Positions 39,292-48,844 of a DNA stretch of 64,000 nucleotides are shown piece by piece. Position numbers and translations under genes: made by a program. The stretch is from positions 2,624,001-2,688,000 of the forward strand of contig OZ244799.1 in assembly GCA_965219955.1 (NCBI GenBank), read 5' to 3'. Origin of the DNA: a bacterium (lineage in GTDB: Bacteria > UBA8248). The notes beneath the pieces are model-generated. The model did no database searches. It was not told where the DNA came from and saw only the letters and a program-made list of their open reading frames with translations. Every line of letters starts with the position of its first letter. The stretch's first letter is position 1.

Positions 39292-41505
39292 TCAGAACAG
39301 GTATTTGACGGTGGCGGAAACGAAGTCGCGGTCACTCGACTGATTGTGCCTTCCGGCGCCGCCGAACATGGTGAGGCTCACGTCGAAATGCCAGCGGTTG
39401 AGATAGCTCGCGCCCATCCCGAGGGTCACCGCGATTCGATCCTCTATGAACGGCCCGCCCGGACCGGGGCTGGTGCCCTTCACGTCATGCTGGAACGACA
39501 CGCGAGGCGAAATGTTCACCGCGCCGATGGCGTTGAGATACGACAAACGCGCCAACACCCTGTAGCCGTAGGAAGTGGAACTGGCGAACCGATCCAGCGG
39601 ATCGGCTGGCAGGCCGGCGTGCGCGCCCGTAGGCGTGGAATGAAAGGGCTCCCCGCTGGTCTGCGTGCCCGGCCCCTCGAGACGCAGTTCGCTCCTGTCC
39701 GGCATGTCGTGCACGTACATGAGCGCCGCCTCTGCGACGAACGCCAGGCTGTCCGCCCCAAACGTCGGGCCGAAAACCTTGGTGGCCGTGGCCTGAATCT
39801 GGCTCACGTCGCGCTCGATATAGCCCTGGACGTAGGTTTCGGGGCCGAAGACGCCGACCTGGTTCCGGCAGTAGCTGAAGCTATTCGAGCAAGGCGTGCC
39901 GGTCACGGGGTCGAAGGTGAGCGGCGTCAGGGCCGCGAAGAACACTTCGGCGTCGTCTATCTGCAGGGGCGCGTCCAGGCGGCGCGAGTATTCGCCCTGG
40001 AGCGCCCATCCCGAGGTTCCGAGCACGGTGTTGAAGCTCAGGCCGAGGAGATGGATGTCTTCGGGATATTCGGCGAAGTAGCCCGCCGTCTTCACGTAGC
40101 GATCGATGGCGAGAGAGCCGGCGATGGTGGCGACCTGACTGGCGACCTGGCCGGGGACGATACCGGCGACTTGTCTTCGAACTTCCGCCTGAATGGCCGC
40201 AGGCGGGGTGCCGGGCGGAACTTGCGCCGTGACCGCAGCGGTGACCTGCTGCGTGACCGCCTGCGTCACCGCCTGCGTCACCGCTCGTGCGGTCGTGGAA
40301 GTGGGCGAGCCGACCGCCGCGGCCGCAAAGAGGCCGTCCTGTATCCCCTGCACCGTGCCGGTGCGCCCGCTCAAAACGGGCAGTCGGCTGTGGTACTTCA
40401 CGAAGTAGAAGCCGAATTCGGTATTGTTGAGGCCGTCTGCGAGGTAGCGCAGCGCGAGCCCCCACTGGCCGGAGTCTTCGGGTTCGTTGTCCGCCCCGCG
40501 GAACACGTTCAGGAAATGGGGGTCGAAGTCCGGCTGCGCTCTCTGGGGCAGGGGCACGAGGGTTCCCGGCGCCGTGGGGCTGGGAATACGGAAGCCCGCG
40601 AGGTCGGCATTGATCGCCGCCGTGACGGGACCAAACCCTTGACCCGTGTCGGGGATGGCCCCCCAGCCGAGCACGACCCTCCTCCCGCCCGCGCCGACGA
40701 AATCGCTCGTCGAGAAGAAGCTGCCCGGCGGGTCGATCTCGGTCTTATCCCACTTCACCTGGTAGAAACCCTCGAGGGAGACGTTCTCGTTCAGCGCAGC
40801 CGAGACGGAGACCATCGGAACCGGCACGAGCCCGTCTCGCAGCTCTGCGCCCGGCGTTCTGAGCTTCGTCACGTCGAAGGGGTTGATGACGTTGATGCTG
40901 TTCTGGATGAAGGTGCTCTCGCCCCAGCTGATGACGTGATTACCGAGCCTGAGATCCACCGCCGCGCCGCCCAGGTCGAACGAGCCGGTGAGGTAGAGAT
41001 CGAGCACCTCGAAATCTTTCCCGACCAGGTCCTTCGCCTCGTCCGAGAGTTCGCCCCGCGCCCTGTCGCCGTTTTCGTTCTCGGAGTCGAAGAACCCGTG
41101 CACGCGGGCGAAGGCGCCGAAGTTTCGGTAGTTGAGATCGAGTTCGCCGATGAATTTCGAGGCGTTGCTCACGATGCCTCTGTCGAAGTTGAGGTTGCCG
41201 TCGTCGCTGTTGACGGAGGTCGCCGCGCCGCCGTTCGTGGCGCCGATCAGGCTCTCGTCGCGATCTCCGACGCGCAGGGTGACGCCGTGCGAAAGCGTGA
41301 TGTCGAGGCTGCCCTCAAGCTCGCCGTGGCTGAAATCCTCCGCACCCGCTGGCGCGGCGCACAAGGCGAAGACCAGAGCGAGCGCGCAGGCCGCAAAACG
41401 AAGCGAGCGGGAGATGGATTCGGAATCGCCCCCCCGGGAGAGGCTGTTCATTGGTCGCCCGGCGCGGTTGCGACGGGCGAAGTGGCTGGAGTGGGCTGGA
41501 TGCAT
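39292..41505 (-). CDS. DUF1302 family outer-membrane protein
   Basis: N.DDGNLNF, ISWGESTFIQ, PGAEL, SGQWGLA, C-terminal DRDFVS..VKYLF. Confidence 0.88.
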   Translation of the reverse strand: MHPAHSSHFARRNRAGRPMNSLSRGGDSESISRSLRFAACALALVFALCAAPAGAEDFSHGELEGSLDITLSHGVTLRVGDRDESLIGATNGGAATSVNSDDGNLNFDRGIVSNASKFIGELDLNYRNFGAFARVHGFFDSENENGDRARGELSDEAKDLVGKDFEVLDLYLTGSFDLGGAAVDLRLGNHVISWGESTFIQNSINVINPFDVTKLRTPGAELRDGLVPVPMVSVSAALNENVSLEGFYQVKWDKTEIDPPGSFFSTSDFVGAGGRRVVLGWGAIPDTGQGFGPVTAAINADLAGFRIPSPTAPGTLVPLPQRAQPDFDPHFLNVFRGADNEPEDSGQWGLALRYLADGLNNTEFGFYFVKYHSRLPVLSGRTGTVQGIQDGLFAAAAVGSPTSTTARAVTQAVTQAVTQQVTAAVTAQVPPGTPPAAIQAEVRRQVAGIVPGQVASQVATIAGSLAIDRYVKTAGYFAEYPEDIHLLGLSFNTVLGTSGWALQGEYSRRLDAPLQIDDAEVFFAALTPLTFDPVTGTPCSNSFSYCRNQVGVFGPETYVQGYIERDVSQIQATATKVFGPTFGADSLAFVAEAALMYVHDMPDRSELRLEGPGTQTSGEPFHSTPTGAHAGLPADPLDRFASSTSYGYRVLARLSYLNAIGAVNISPRVSFQHDVKGTSPGPGGPFIEDRIAVTLGMGASYLNRWHFDVSLTMFGGAGRHNQSSDRDFVSATVKYLF

Positions 41506-41763
41506 GCCGAAGGCCTCCCCCTCTTGCGATCAAGGTTTTTTTAATTCCTGGATATCCATTCGTTCATTTTTTGATGTGCGCTTTGCAAGATATATTCAAC
41601 ATCTGGACGGAGTCAAGGGAAAATAAGCGGAAGACCCCGGAAAACAGCCTCTCGCGGAGAGATTTACGGATGAAGAGATGAACGCAGGAGCGGCGGCCGA
41701 CTCGCGCCGTTGCACGGGCGCGAAAGGCGCAAGACTTCTTCTAACGCTTGCTGAGGAGCGTGA

Positions 41764-42837
41764 TCAGCGAACGCGCGCTCCGTCGGGTTCGAAGAGGTAG
41801 ACGCGCTCGGAGTCGAAAGTGACGTTCAACCGCTCGCCCGCCTTGAAGCGGCCGCTCGCCTCGATGACGGCGATGGTCGGGCGCTCGGCGCCGTGCTCGA
41901 AGTAGAGCAGCGTGTCCTTGCCGAGCGGCTCGACGAGCTGGACGTCGCACGAGAAGGCGGCTTCCTGGCTCCCCACCACCACGTGCTCGGGCCGTACGCC
42001 GAGGGTGTACTCCCCTGAAGATACGCCCGCGTAGGCGTCGGGGAGCTTGAACTCGATGCCGGCGCCTGAGAAGGCGGCGGCGCCGTTCGATCCCTCCACC
42101 GTTCCCGCGATGAGGTTCATGGAGGGGCTGCCGAAGAAATCGGCCACGAAGTAGCTGACCGGGTCGTTGTAGATTTCGAGCGGCGTGCCGACCTGCTCGA
42201 TAACACCGTCGCGCATCACCACGATGCGGTCGGCGAGCGTCATGGCCTCCTCCTGATCGTGGGTGACGTAGACGAAGGTTTTCTTGAGTTCCTCGTGGAG
42301 CCTGTCGATCTCGGCGCGCATCTCGCGGCGGAGCTTGGCGTCAAGGCTCGAGAGCGGCTCGTCCAGCAGGAAGGCGGCGGGGTCGGTGATGAGGGTGCGG
42401 GCCAGCGCGGCGCGCTGCGCCTCGCCGCCCGAGCATTCGACGGGCAGCTTGTGGAGGAGGTGCGTGATGCGCACCATGTCGGCCACCTCGCGCACTTTCT
42501 GTTTGCGCGTCTCGGGCGGCACCTTCTTCATGCGCGGGCCGAACTCGATGTTCTCGGCTATCGTCTTGTGCGGGAACAGGGCGTGCGTCTGGAAGACCAT
42601 GCCGACGCCGCGGTCGCCGGGGTCTACGTCGTTCACGAGGCGGCCGTCGATGGAAATTTCACCGGCCGTTGGCTCCTCGAAACCCGCGACCATGCGCAGC
42701 GTGGTCGTTTTCCCGCATCCCGAAGGGCCGACGATGACGACGAACTCGCCTTCCTCGATGGTGAAGTCGAGGTTCTTCACGGCCTCGATGTTCCTGCCGA
42801 ATACCTTGCGTAAACCCTTGAGTTCGATTCTCGCCAT
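41764..42837 (-). CDS. Sugar-type ABC transporter ATP-binding protein (MalK/UgpC-like)
   Basis: GPSGCGKT, SGGE.QR, LLDEP, YVTHDQEEAM, TOBE-like tail. Confidence 0.95.
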   Translation of the reverse strand: MARIELKGLRKVFGRNIEAVKNLDFTIEEGEFVVIVGPSGCGKTTTLRMVAGFEEPTAGEISIDGRLVNDVDPGDRGVGMVFQTHALFPHKTIAENIEFGPRMKKVPPETRKQKVREVADMVRITHLLHKLPVECSGGEAQRAALARTLITDPAAFLLDEPLSSLDAKLRREMRAEIDRLHEELKKTFVYVTHDQEEAMTLADRIVVMRDGVIEQVGTPLEIYNDPVSYFVADFFGSPSMNLIAGTVEGSNGAAAFSGAGIEFKLPDAYAGVSSGEYTLGVRPEHVVVGSQEAAFSCDVQLVEPLGKDTLLYFEHGAERPTIAVIEASGRFKAGERLNVTFDSERVYLFEPDGARVR

Positions 42838-42844
42838 TGTCCTT

Positions 42845-43747
42845 TTACCTCTTCACCATTCCGAAAGTGAAACCTCGCACCAGGTGTTTTCGAATAAAGA
42901 TGCCGATGATCATGAGCGGCAGGGTGATGCCCACCGCCAGAGCGGCCTGATGGCCGTAGACGCGGCCCTCGTCGGAGCCTTCGTATTTCGCCAACTGGAC
43001 GGGCAGCGTCACCACGTCCACCTTGGAGAGCATGAGTGAGAGCAGATATTCGCTCCACGTCAGGATGAGGATGAACAGGAACGTCGCCACGATGCCGGAG
43101 CGTATGAGCGGGAATATCACCTCGCGGATCGCCTGCCACTTGGTGGCGCCCAGAATCTCGGCGGCCTGTTCGATCTCGACGGGAACCTCGTCCACGAAGC
43201 TCTTCGTCATCCAGACGGAATACGGCAACGTGGTGATGAAATAGACGATAATCAGCCCCAGCGCCGTGTCCATCAAATGGATCGCTGAATAATAGAGCGT
43301 CAGCGGCGCCGCCACCACAATGGGCGGAATCATCCTGAGCACAAGGAGCTGGAACATCCGTATCTCCGACAGTATCCGGTATCGAGAAACCCCGTAGGCC
43401 AGAATCGCGCCGAAGGCGACCGAAAGCGCCGTGGCGGTGATGGCGATGTAGAGGCTGTTCCAGAGCGCCTGCCAGGGCTTGTTCGCCGAGTGCGACTCAT
43501 AGCGGGCCGTCTGCGATTTCTCCTCAAGGCTTGTTCGGGGACTCTGCTCCCTGCCCCAAACCGCCTGGTAGTTGACCCAGGAGGCCTCCTGCGACCAGTA
43601 GACCGGCGGCCAGGCGTGCCACTCCCAGTCGGGTTTGAACGAGGTGGAAACGATCCAGAAAATCGGGAACGCCACGATCAGCGACCATATCAGAAGCATG
43701 GCGTAGCGGAATATGGTGAACAGGCGCGCCTTCTGTACTCGGTTCAT
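42845..43747 (-). CDS. Carbohydrate ABC transporter permease
   Basis: 6 TM; EQAAEILGA EAA-loop. Confidence 0.93.
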   Translation of the reverse strand: MNRVQKARLFTIFRYAMLLIWSLIVAFPIFWIVSTSFKPDWEWHAWPPVYWSQEASWVNYQAVWGREQSPRTSLEEKSQTARYESHSANKPWQALWNSLYIAITATALSVAFGAILAYGVSRYRILSEIRMFQLLVLRMIPPIVVAAPLTLYYSAIHLMDTALGLIIVYFITTLPYSVWMTKSFVDEVPVEIEQAAEILGATKWQAIREVIFPLIRSGIVATFLFILILTWSEYLLSLMLSKVDVVTLPVQLAKYEGSDEGRVYGHQAALAVGITLPLMIIGIFIRKHLVRGFTFGMVKR

Positions 43748-44712
43748 GCCAGGCCTCCCGGTCGCGACGTTTCATGCAGGGCGTCGAGCGCCCGCTTCTC
43801 GCGGCGCAGCACGTAGATCGCCGTGAGAACGATGAAAATCATGATGACCATGACGACGTAGGACATCGCCGCGCCCTTCGATATGTCGAACGACACCCAG
43901 GTCGTGAAATAGAGATAGATGGGCAGCGTCTCAGTGGCGGTGCCCGGCCCTCCCTGGATGAGGCCCCACGTTTTGGGAAACTCCGCCATGGCCTCCAGGA
44001 AGCGCAAAATGAGCGCCAGGAATATGACGGGGCGCAGGAGCGGGAGCTGGATCTCGCGGAAAATCTGCAAGCGGCTCGCCCCCAGGATGCGGGCGGCCTC
44101 CACCGGCTCCGTCGGCAGCGAGGAAAGACCCGCCAGCATGATGATGAAGACGAAAGGCGTCCAGTTCCATATTTCGAGCAGGATAATCGTGAAGATGGCG
44201 AAATTGGGATTCGAGAGCCAGGTGAACTTCGAGAGGTCCCCCGGCAGGAAATAGCTCAGGAACCCGTTGATGGGCCCTTTTTCATACAAGAGCATGTCGG
44301 CGGTGTAGGCGATGACCACGGGCACCGTCAGCATGGGGAGGATGAAGAGAATGTAGAAGAACGCCTGTCCCCGGAAGGGCTTGTACATCAACAGCGCCAG
44401 CGCGAAGCCGGCAATGAAGCAACCCAGCGTCGAGAGGCCCGCGAACAGGAGCGAGCGCCCCATGGCATTCCAGAAACGCCCTTCGGTCAACACCTCCTGG
44501 AACAACTCCAGCCCCACGAACTCCGCGTCGAACCAGGTGGAGAGATAGACCGTCCATGAATGGAACGAAAAATATATCTGAAGGAGAAAAACCGGTATCA
44601 GGAACGCGAATAGGAGAATCAGCGGAGAGAGCACGCTCCATTTGAATATGCGCACGCCCCGGGCACGGGTGGAGCGTCTACCCTTGGGCTGCGCAATTGT
44701 GGCTGTCGCCAT
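43744..44712 (-). CDS. Carbohydrate ABC transporter permease
   Basis: W.WTPF, EAARILGAS, GGPG..TETL. Confidence 0.93.
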   Translation of the reverse strand: MATATIAQPKGRRSTRARGVRIFKWSVLSPLILLFAFLIPVFLLQIYFSFHSWTVYLSTWFDAEFVGLELFQEVLTEGRFWNAMGRSLLFAGLSTLGCFIAGFALALLMYKPFRGQAFFYILFILPMLTVPVVIAYTADMLLYEKGPINGFLSYFLPGDLSKFTWLSNPNFAIFTIILLEIWNWTPFVFIIMLAGLSSLPTEPVEAARILGASRLQIFREIQLPLLRPVIFLALILRFLEAMAEFPKTWGLIQGGPGTATETLPIYLYFTTWVSFDISKGAAMSYVVMVIMIFIVLTAIYVLRREKRALDALHETSRPGGLA

Positions 44713-44876
44713 TCAAAAAGACTCCTGCGGTATCGAATGAATCGGAGCGTACGCCGGGAACCATTCGGAAGCGATAATCGCGTCGGCGGCCGGGGCGGGC
44801 GATTCCCCGCCGGCCCCGGCCGTCGAAACATGGAATCCCTCCCCGGAGCCTCGCCCCGGGGAGAGGAGTTTACGTT

Positions 44877-46325
44877 CTACGAAGGAACGTCCACCTTCGG
44901 CATCATGGCCTTGTAGAAGGGAATCTCCCTCTTGAGCTTGCGCTTGCCGACCTTGCGGATGATCTTGGCCCATTCGTTCTGAATGTCGCCCATGACCTTC
45001 TTGGCGCCCTTCTTGCGGCCCGCGTAGGCCTCGGAGAGGTTCCGGTCGACGACTTCCTTGAACTCCTGGTAGCCGGTCACATACGGCGGCGGGCATGTGA
45101 CGAGGAGGTTGTCCTCCACGGACTTGATTCCCGGCTTCGTGTAGACCTTCGTCACCTGCGGGTCGGTCATGTGCTTGGGATGCCAGGGGTCGTGGAAGGT
45201 GAACTTCGGATGGCCCACGACCTCTGCGCTGTTCTTGTAGGTACTCATGTACATGGCCCATGCGACGGCCTGCTTCTTGCGCGGGCTGTGCTTGTTGACA
45301 ACCATGGCCATCACGGGCGCGGAGAAGGCGCGGTGGATGAGCTTGCCGGAGAACTTCGAACCCGGAACGAGGCCGTAATGCCACATGCCCCTGGTCTTGG
45401 TCTTCGCCGTCGGGCTTTCGATGAGCGCGATAATCCCGTCCCAGTACTGGCAGGAGAAAATCTTGCCGTTGCGTATCCGCGGGATCATCTGCGGCGAACC
45501 CCAGGCGCTCGCCTCGGGGTGGGATACCTGCTTGCGGGCGAGCCAGGTGTCGAAGGCGTAATGCGCGGCAGGCGTGTTCAGCGTCGGGTTGGCGTCGTCG
45601 TCGAACGGGAAGCCGCCCGCGCTGTAGAGATACATCCAGTACCAGAAGCTGCTGTTCGCCTTGTCCCGCAGGCCGCCGAAGCCGTAGAGCTCCTTGTCGG
45701 GCCTGTGGAAGTGCTTCATGACTTCGAGTTCGTCTTCCCATGTGACCGGCCACTTCAAGGGCTTGCCGTGCTTGTCGGCGAAGGCCTTGCGCTCATCGGG
45801 ATTGTCGAACAGGTCCTTGCGGATGAACTGGGGGCAGACGTTTCCGTCCGTGGGCATCGCGTAGGTCTTGCCCTGATACTGCATGAAGGTCTCAAAGTTC
45901 CCCACCATCTTGAGGTCGAAGCCGGCGGACTTCATATAGCCGTCGAGAGGCTCGAGCATGCCCGCTGCAGCGAGGGAGGGAATCATCATGGACTCGACGT
46001 GAAAGATGTCGAACTTGCCCGAGCGCGTGATGGCCTCGGCCATGGCCCGCTGGGGAATCTGCAGGTTGGGAACGTCACTGACCTTGTCCATGGAGATGCC
46101 GGTGGCTTTGTTGAACTCGCGGTTGAGGTCGGGGTAGTTGCGCCAGTAGAGGCCCCACATCATTCCATTCAGCTTGGCGCCGCCCAGCTTCTTGCCGGCT
46201 TTGATGACGGCGTCCTCCTCGGGTCCGGCATGGGCCTTGCCGGCGCCGAGAACGGCGGGACCCGCAACAGCGGTGGCCAGACCGGCCTTGAGGAGGCTTC
46301 TTCTTTTGATCTGCTTCTCGCTCAT
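44877..46325 (-). CDS. ABC extracellular solute-binding protein with Tat signal
   Basis: KRRSLLK Tat motif, AHA cleavage site; family-1 SBP-like LEPLD..Y.GK.YAMP..RKDLF. Confidence 0.9.
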   Translation of the reverse strand: MSEKQIKRRSLLKAGLATAVAGPAVLGAGKAHAGPEEDAVIKAGKKLGGAKLNGMMWGLYWRNYPDLNREFNKATGISMDKVSDVPNLQIPQRAMAEAITRSGKFDIFHVESMMIPSLAAAGMLEPLDGYMKSAGFDLKMVGNFETFMQYQGKTYAMPTDGNVCPQFIRKDLFDNPDERKAFADKHGKPLKWPVTWEDELEVMKHFHRPDKELYGFGGLRDKANSSFWYWMYLYSAGGFPFDDDANPTLNTPAAHYAFDTWLARKQVSHPEASAWGSPQMIPRIRNGKIFSCQYWDGIIALIESPTAKTKTRGMWHYGLVPGSKFSGKLIHRAFSAPVMAMVVNKHSPRKKQAVAWAMYMSTYKNSAEVVGHPKFTFHDPWHPKHMTDPQVTKVYTKPGIKSVEDNLLVTCPPPYVTGYQEFKEVVDRNLSEAYAGRKKGAKKVMGDIQNEWAKIIRKVGKRKLKREIPFYKAMMPKVDVPS

Positions 46326-46540
46326 CTGGGTGTTCCTCCTTCATTCTTGGGGTGGCCGGGAGGCGAAAAATCTGCATTGAGCGCCCATCGCAGGATGAGA
46401 CGCTCGCCGCTGGATGGATAAACCCGCCCCACGGCCCGTATATGCAACTCATAATGCCTTTGTAACAGCGCATTTTAGGGAAGCGAAGATTTTTGTCAAC
46501 AAGCGAAGCGAGGCCATCGGCAAATGTGAAAGCACCGCGA

Positions 46541-46886
46541 AGGGGGCTGCCGAAAAAGTTCCTTTTTCAGGGGGTAGAGGGGACGCTCCTCTCGCCCTGA
46601 AAACCACCCCCCCCCTACCCCCCCTTGTCAGGGGTCAAAACCGACCGAAGAGGGAGGTTTTGCAAGACGATGTGTTTCTCGTCAATGGCTCATGCAAACG
46701 CTCGTTCATCACTCGCGTTTGACCCCTGGCAAGGGGGGGTAGGGGGGGGTGCCTTTATCCCCTGAGGAGGGGGACTTTTTGGGCAACCCCGACGAGGGGG
46801 GGTTGCTCCTTTGACAAAGGCTTCTTCAACAGCCCGCGCAAGGGGGGTAAAAGCGATGCTTCCCATCGAGGGGTTGTTCAGCAGCC
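46541..46886. repeat. MITE-like/REP mosaic cluster
   Basis: GGGGCTGCCGAAAAAG..CTTTTTGGGCAACCCC shell around inverted ACCCCCCCTACCCCCCTTGTCAGGGG pair. Confidence 0.8.
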
Positions 46887-46896
46887 GCGGACGGCG

Positions 46897-46941
46897 AAAA
46901 AAACCGCCCTCCCCGGCGCGGTTCCGGAGCCGGAGAGGGCG
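46897..46941 (-). terminator. Intrinsic terminator after usp
   Basis: CGCCCTCTCCGGC..GCCGGGGAGGGCG stem followed by T7 on minus strand. Confidence 0.65.
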
Positions 46942-46959
46942 ATGCGGTGCGGCTGGAAT

Positions 46960-47472
46960 CTAGCTCTCGACCGATTCCGCTTCCATTTCCTCCAGCTTTT
47001 TCAGGGCCACCTTGTCCCTCAGCAGGAACACCGGGCAGGGCGCGCGCCGGAGAACCTGCTCGGAGACGCTGCCGATCAGGAAGCGGCTCACCATGTTGTG
47101 GCCGTGCGTTCCCATGACGAGGAGGTCGAAATCCCCCGTGTCGGCGAACTGGACGATCTCCCTCACCGGTTCGCCGAAGACGACGAGGGTCTCGATGGGC
47201 ACGGCCGATTCGATTTGTTTCGTCATCACGTCGAGGTTGCTCTCCAGCTCGATGCGCGTATCCTCGAGCAGCCGGCTCGGAGAGATGGTGCCCACGAGTT
47301 CCGCGCCGTAGCCGCCGTATTTGGCCGCGTAGTCGGGGTTCCTGGCCACGTGGATGGCCATGACTTCCGCGTTGCGGTTCTCCCCGATCTCCGCCGCGAC
47401 CTTCAGGACGCCACGGCTGAGTTCCGAGAAATCCACGGCTGCCAGAACTTTCTTTGGGTCATATATTCGCAT
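46960..47472 (-). CDS. Universal stress protein
   Basis: KVLAAVDFSE, IHV, DLLVMGTHG..IGSVSEQVLRRAPCPV. Confidence 0.93.
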   Translation of the reverse strand: MRIYDPKKVLAAVDFSELSRGVLKVAAEIGENRNAEVMAIHVARNPDYAAKYGGYGAELVGTISPSRLLEDTRIELESNLDVMTKQIESAVPIETLVVFGEPVREIVQFADTGDFDLLVMGTHGHNMVSRFLIGSVSEQVLRRAPCPVFLLRDKVALKKLEEMEAESVES

Positions 47473-47525
47473 GGCTTTTCCCTCCGATATGAATGAAATA
47501 CTATGCGCCCGTCCGTGCGCCAAGC

Positions 47526-47699
47526 AAAAAGCGGAGCCTCCGGAGGCCCCGCTTTCAGGATGGTTCCTGTTCTTCCGCCTTCGCTTCGCGCGATGACCTT
47601 CCGGATGCCTTGCGCCGGCTATCTTTTGACATCCCCCGAGAGGCCGGCGCGCTGCTTCAGGGGACTAGACTTCATCACTCCATCAACCCCCTATGGTCT
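47526..47699 (-). ncRNA. Candidate small RNA or terminated leader upstream of usp
   Basis: Own TTGAAA-N17-TATATT promoter (47734-47706) and terminator AAGCGGGGCCTCCGGAGGCTCCGCTTTTT (47556-47526). Confidence 0.45.
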
Positions 47700-47766
47700 G
47701 TTTCAAATATAGGCCCTCATGCGCCATCTTTCAAGGAGATTCTGCGCGCAGGCGGCCCCGCATCCC

Positions 47767-48750
47767 TCAATCGATCTCCACCACCACGTTCCCGACGTTC
47801 GCGAAATTCTCCATGATCTCGTGCGCGGCGGCGGTATCCTCCAGGGAAAAGCGCGCGCCGATGTGGTGGGTGAGCGCCCCCGCCCCGCACGCGGCGTTGA
47901 TGTCGGCGCAGGCCTGGGCGATGGCGGAATCCGGCATGGTGTAGACAAACACCATGCGGATGGCCGTGTTCTCGGGCATCATCTGGTACCAGGGCAGCGC
48001 CGGCTCGGGAACGCGCGTGGAGCCGTAGGCCGCGACGGTCCCGTTCCCCTTGAGCACCTTGCGGGTGACGTCGAGGTTCTCGCCGAAATCCACCTCGCAG
48101 ATCCTGTCCACGCCCGCCCCGTTTGTGATCTCCATGATGCGTGCAGCGGCGTCCTCATCGCGGTAGTTCACGACGTGGTCCGCGCCCGCATCGCGCGCGA
48201 TCCGCGCCTTCTCCTCGTTGCTCACGGTGGCGATGACGTCGGCGCCGCCCCATTTGGCGAGCTGTACGCCGTAGCGCCCCACCGCGCCCGCCCCGCCGGT
48301 GACGAGTGCGGTCTGCCCGATGATCGGCCCGTCGAGAAAAAGCGCCCTGTGGGCGGTCATCGCCGGGATCGCCAGACACGCGCCCTGGGCGAAATCCACC
48401 GAATCCGCCAGCGGCACCGCCTGCCGCTCGGGCACGACGATGAATTCGGCCGCCGTGCCGTAGGGCCTTTGCCACTGTCCGTTGAATATCCAGACGCGCT
48501 CGCCCACGCGGGCCGCGTCCACCCCCTCGCCCGCGCTCTCGATGACGCCCGCGCCGTCGGAGTGCGGGATGACTCTCGGCCAGCCCATCTCGCCGCGCGA
48601 ACCCAGGCGCGCCTTGTAGTCCGAAGGATTCGCGCCCGAGGCGTGGAGGCGCACGCGCACCTCGCCCGCACCGGGCTCGGGGGTTTCGAGTTCACCGAAT
48701 TTCAGCACCTCTTTCGCCGGGCCATACGCTTCATACCAGACGGCTCGCAT
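47767..48750 (-). CDS. NADPH:quinone reductase (zeta-crystallin/MDR family)
   Basis: SGANPSD, IPHSDGAG, VTGGAGAVG. Confidence 0.93.
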   Translation of the reverse strand: MRAVWYEAYGPAKEVLKFGELETPEPGAGEVRVRLHASGANPSDYKARLGSRGEMGWPRVIPHSDGAGVIESAGEGVDAARVGERVWIFNGQWQRPYGTAAEFIVVPERQAVPLADSVDFAQGACLAIPAMTAHRALFLDGPIIGQTALVTGGAGAVGRYGVQLAKWGGADVIATVSNEEKARIARDAGADHVVNYRDEDAAARIMEITNGAGVDRICEVDFGENLDVTRKVLKGNGTVAAYGSTRVPEPALPWYQMMPENTAIRMVFVYTMPDSAIAQACADINAACGAGALTHHIGARFSLEDTAAAHEIMENFANVGNVVVEID

Positions 48751-48844
48751 AATCTCTCCTTCATATGATCAGTATGGATTGCCTGACAGGGTAAAGAACG
48801 GAAAACGCCTCCCGCCCATGAAAGCGCAAAACCTTGCGCCGGTC

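Noticed and set aside
39346-41544. Long antisense ORFs (e.g. 732 aa here, 13834-15222, 38033-39343, 57038-58573)
   Set aside because: Shadow frames of GC-rich genes with no motifs
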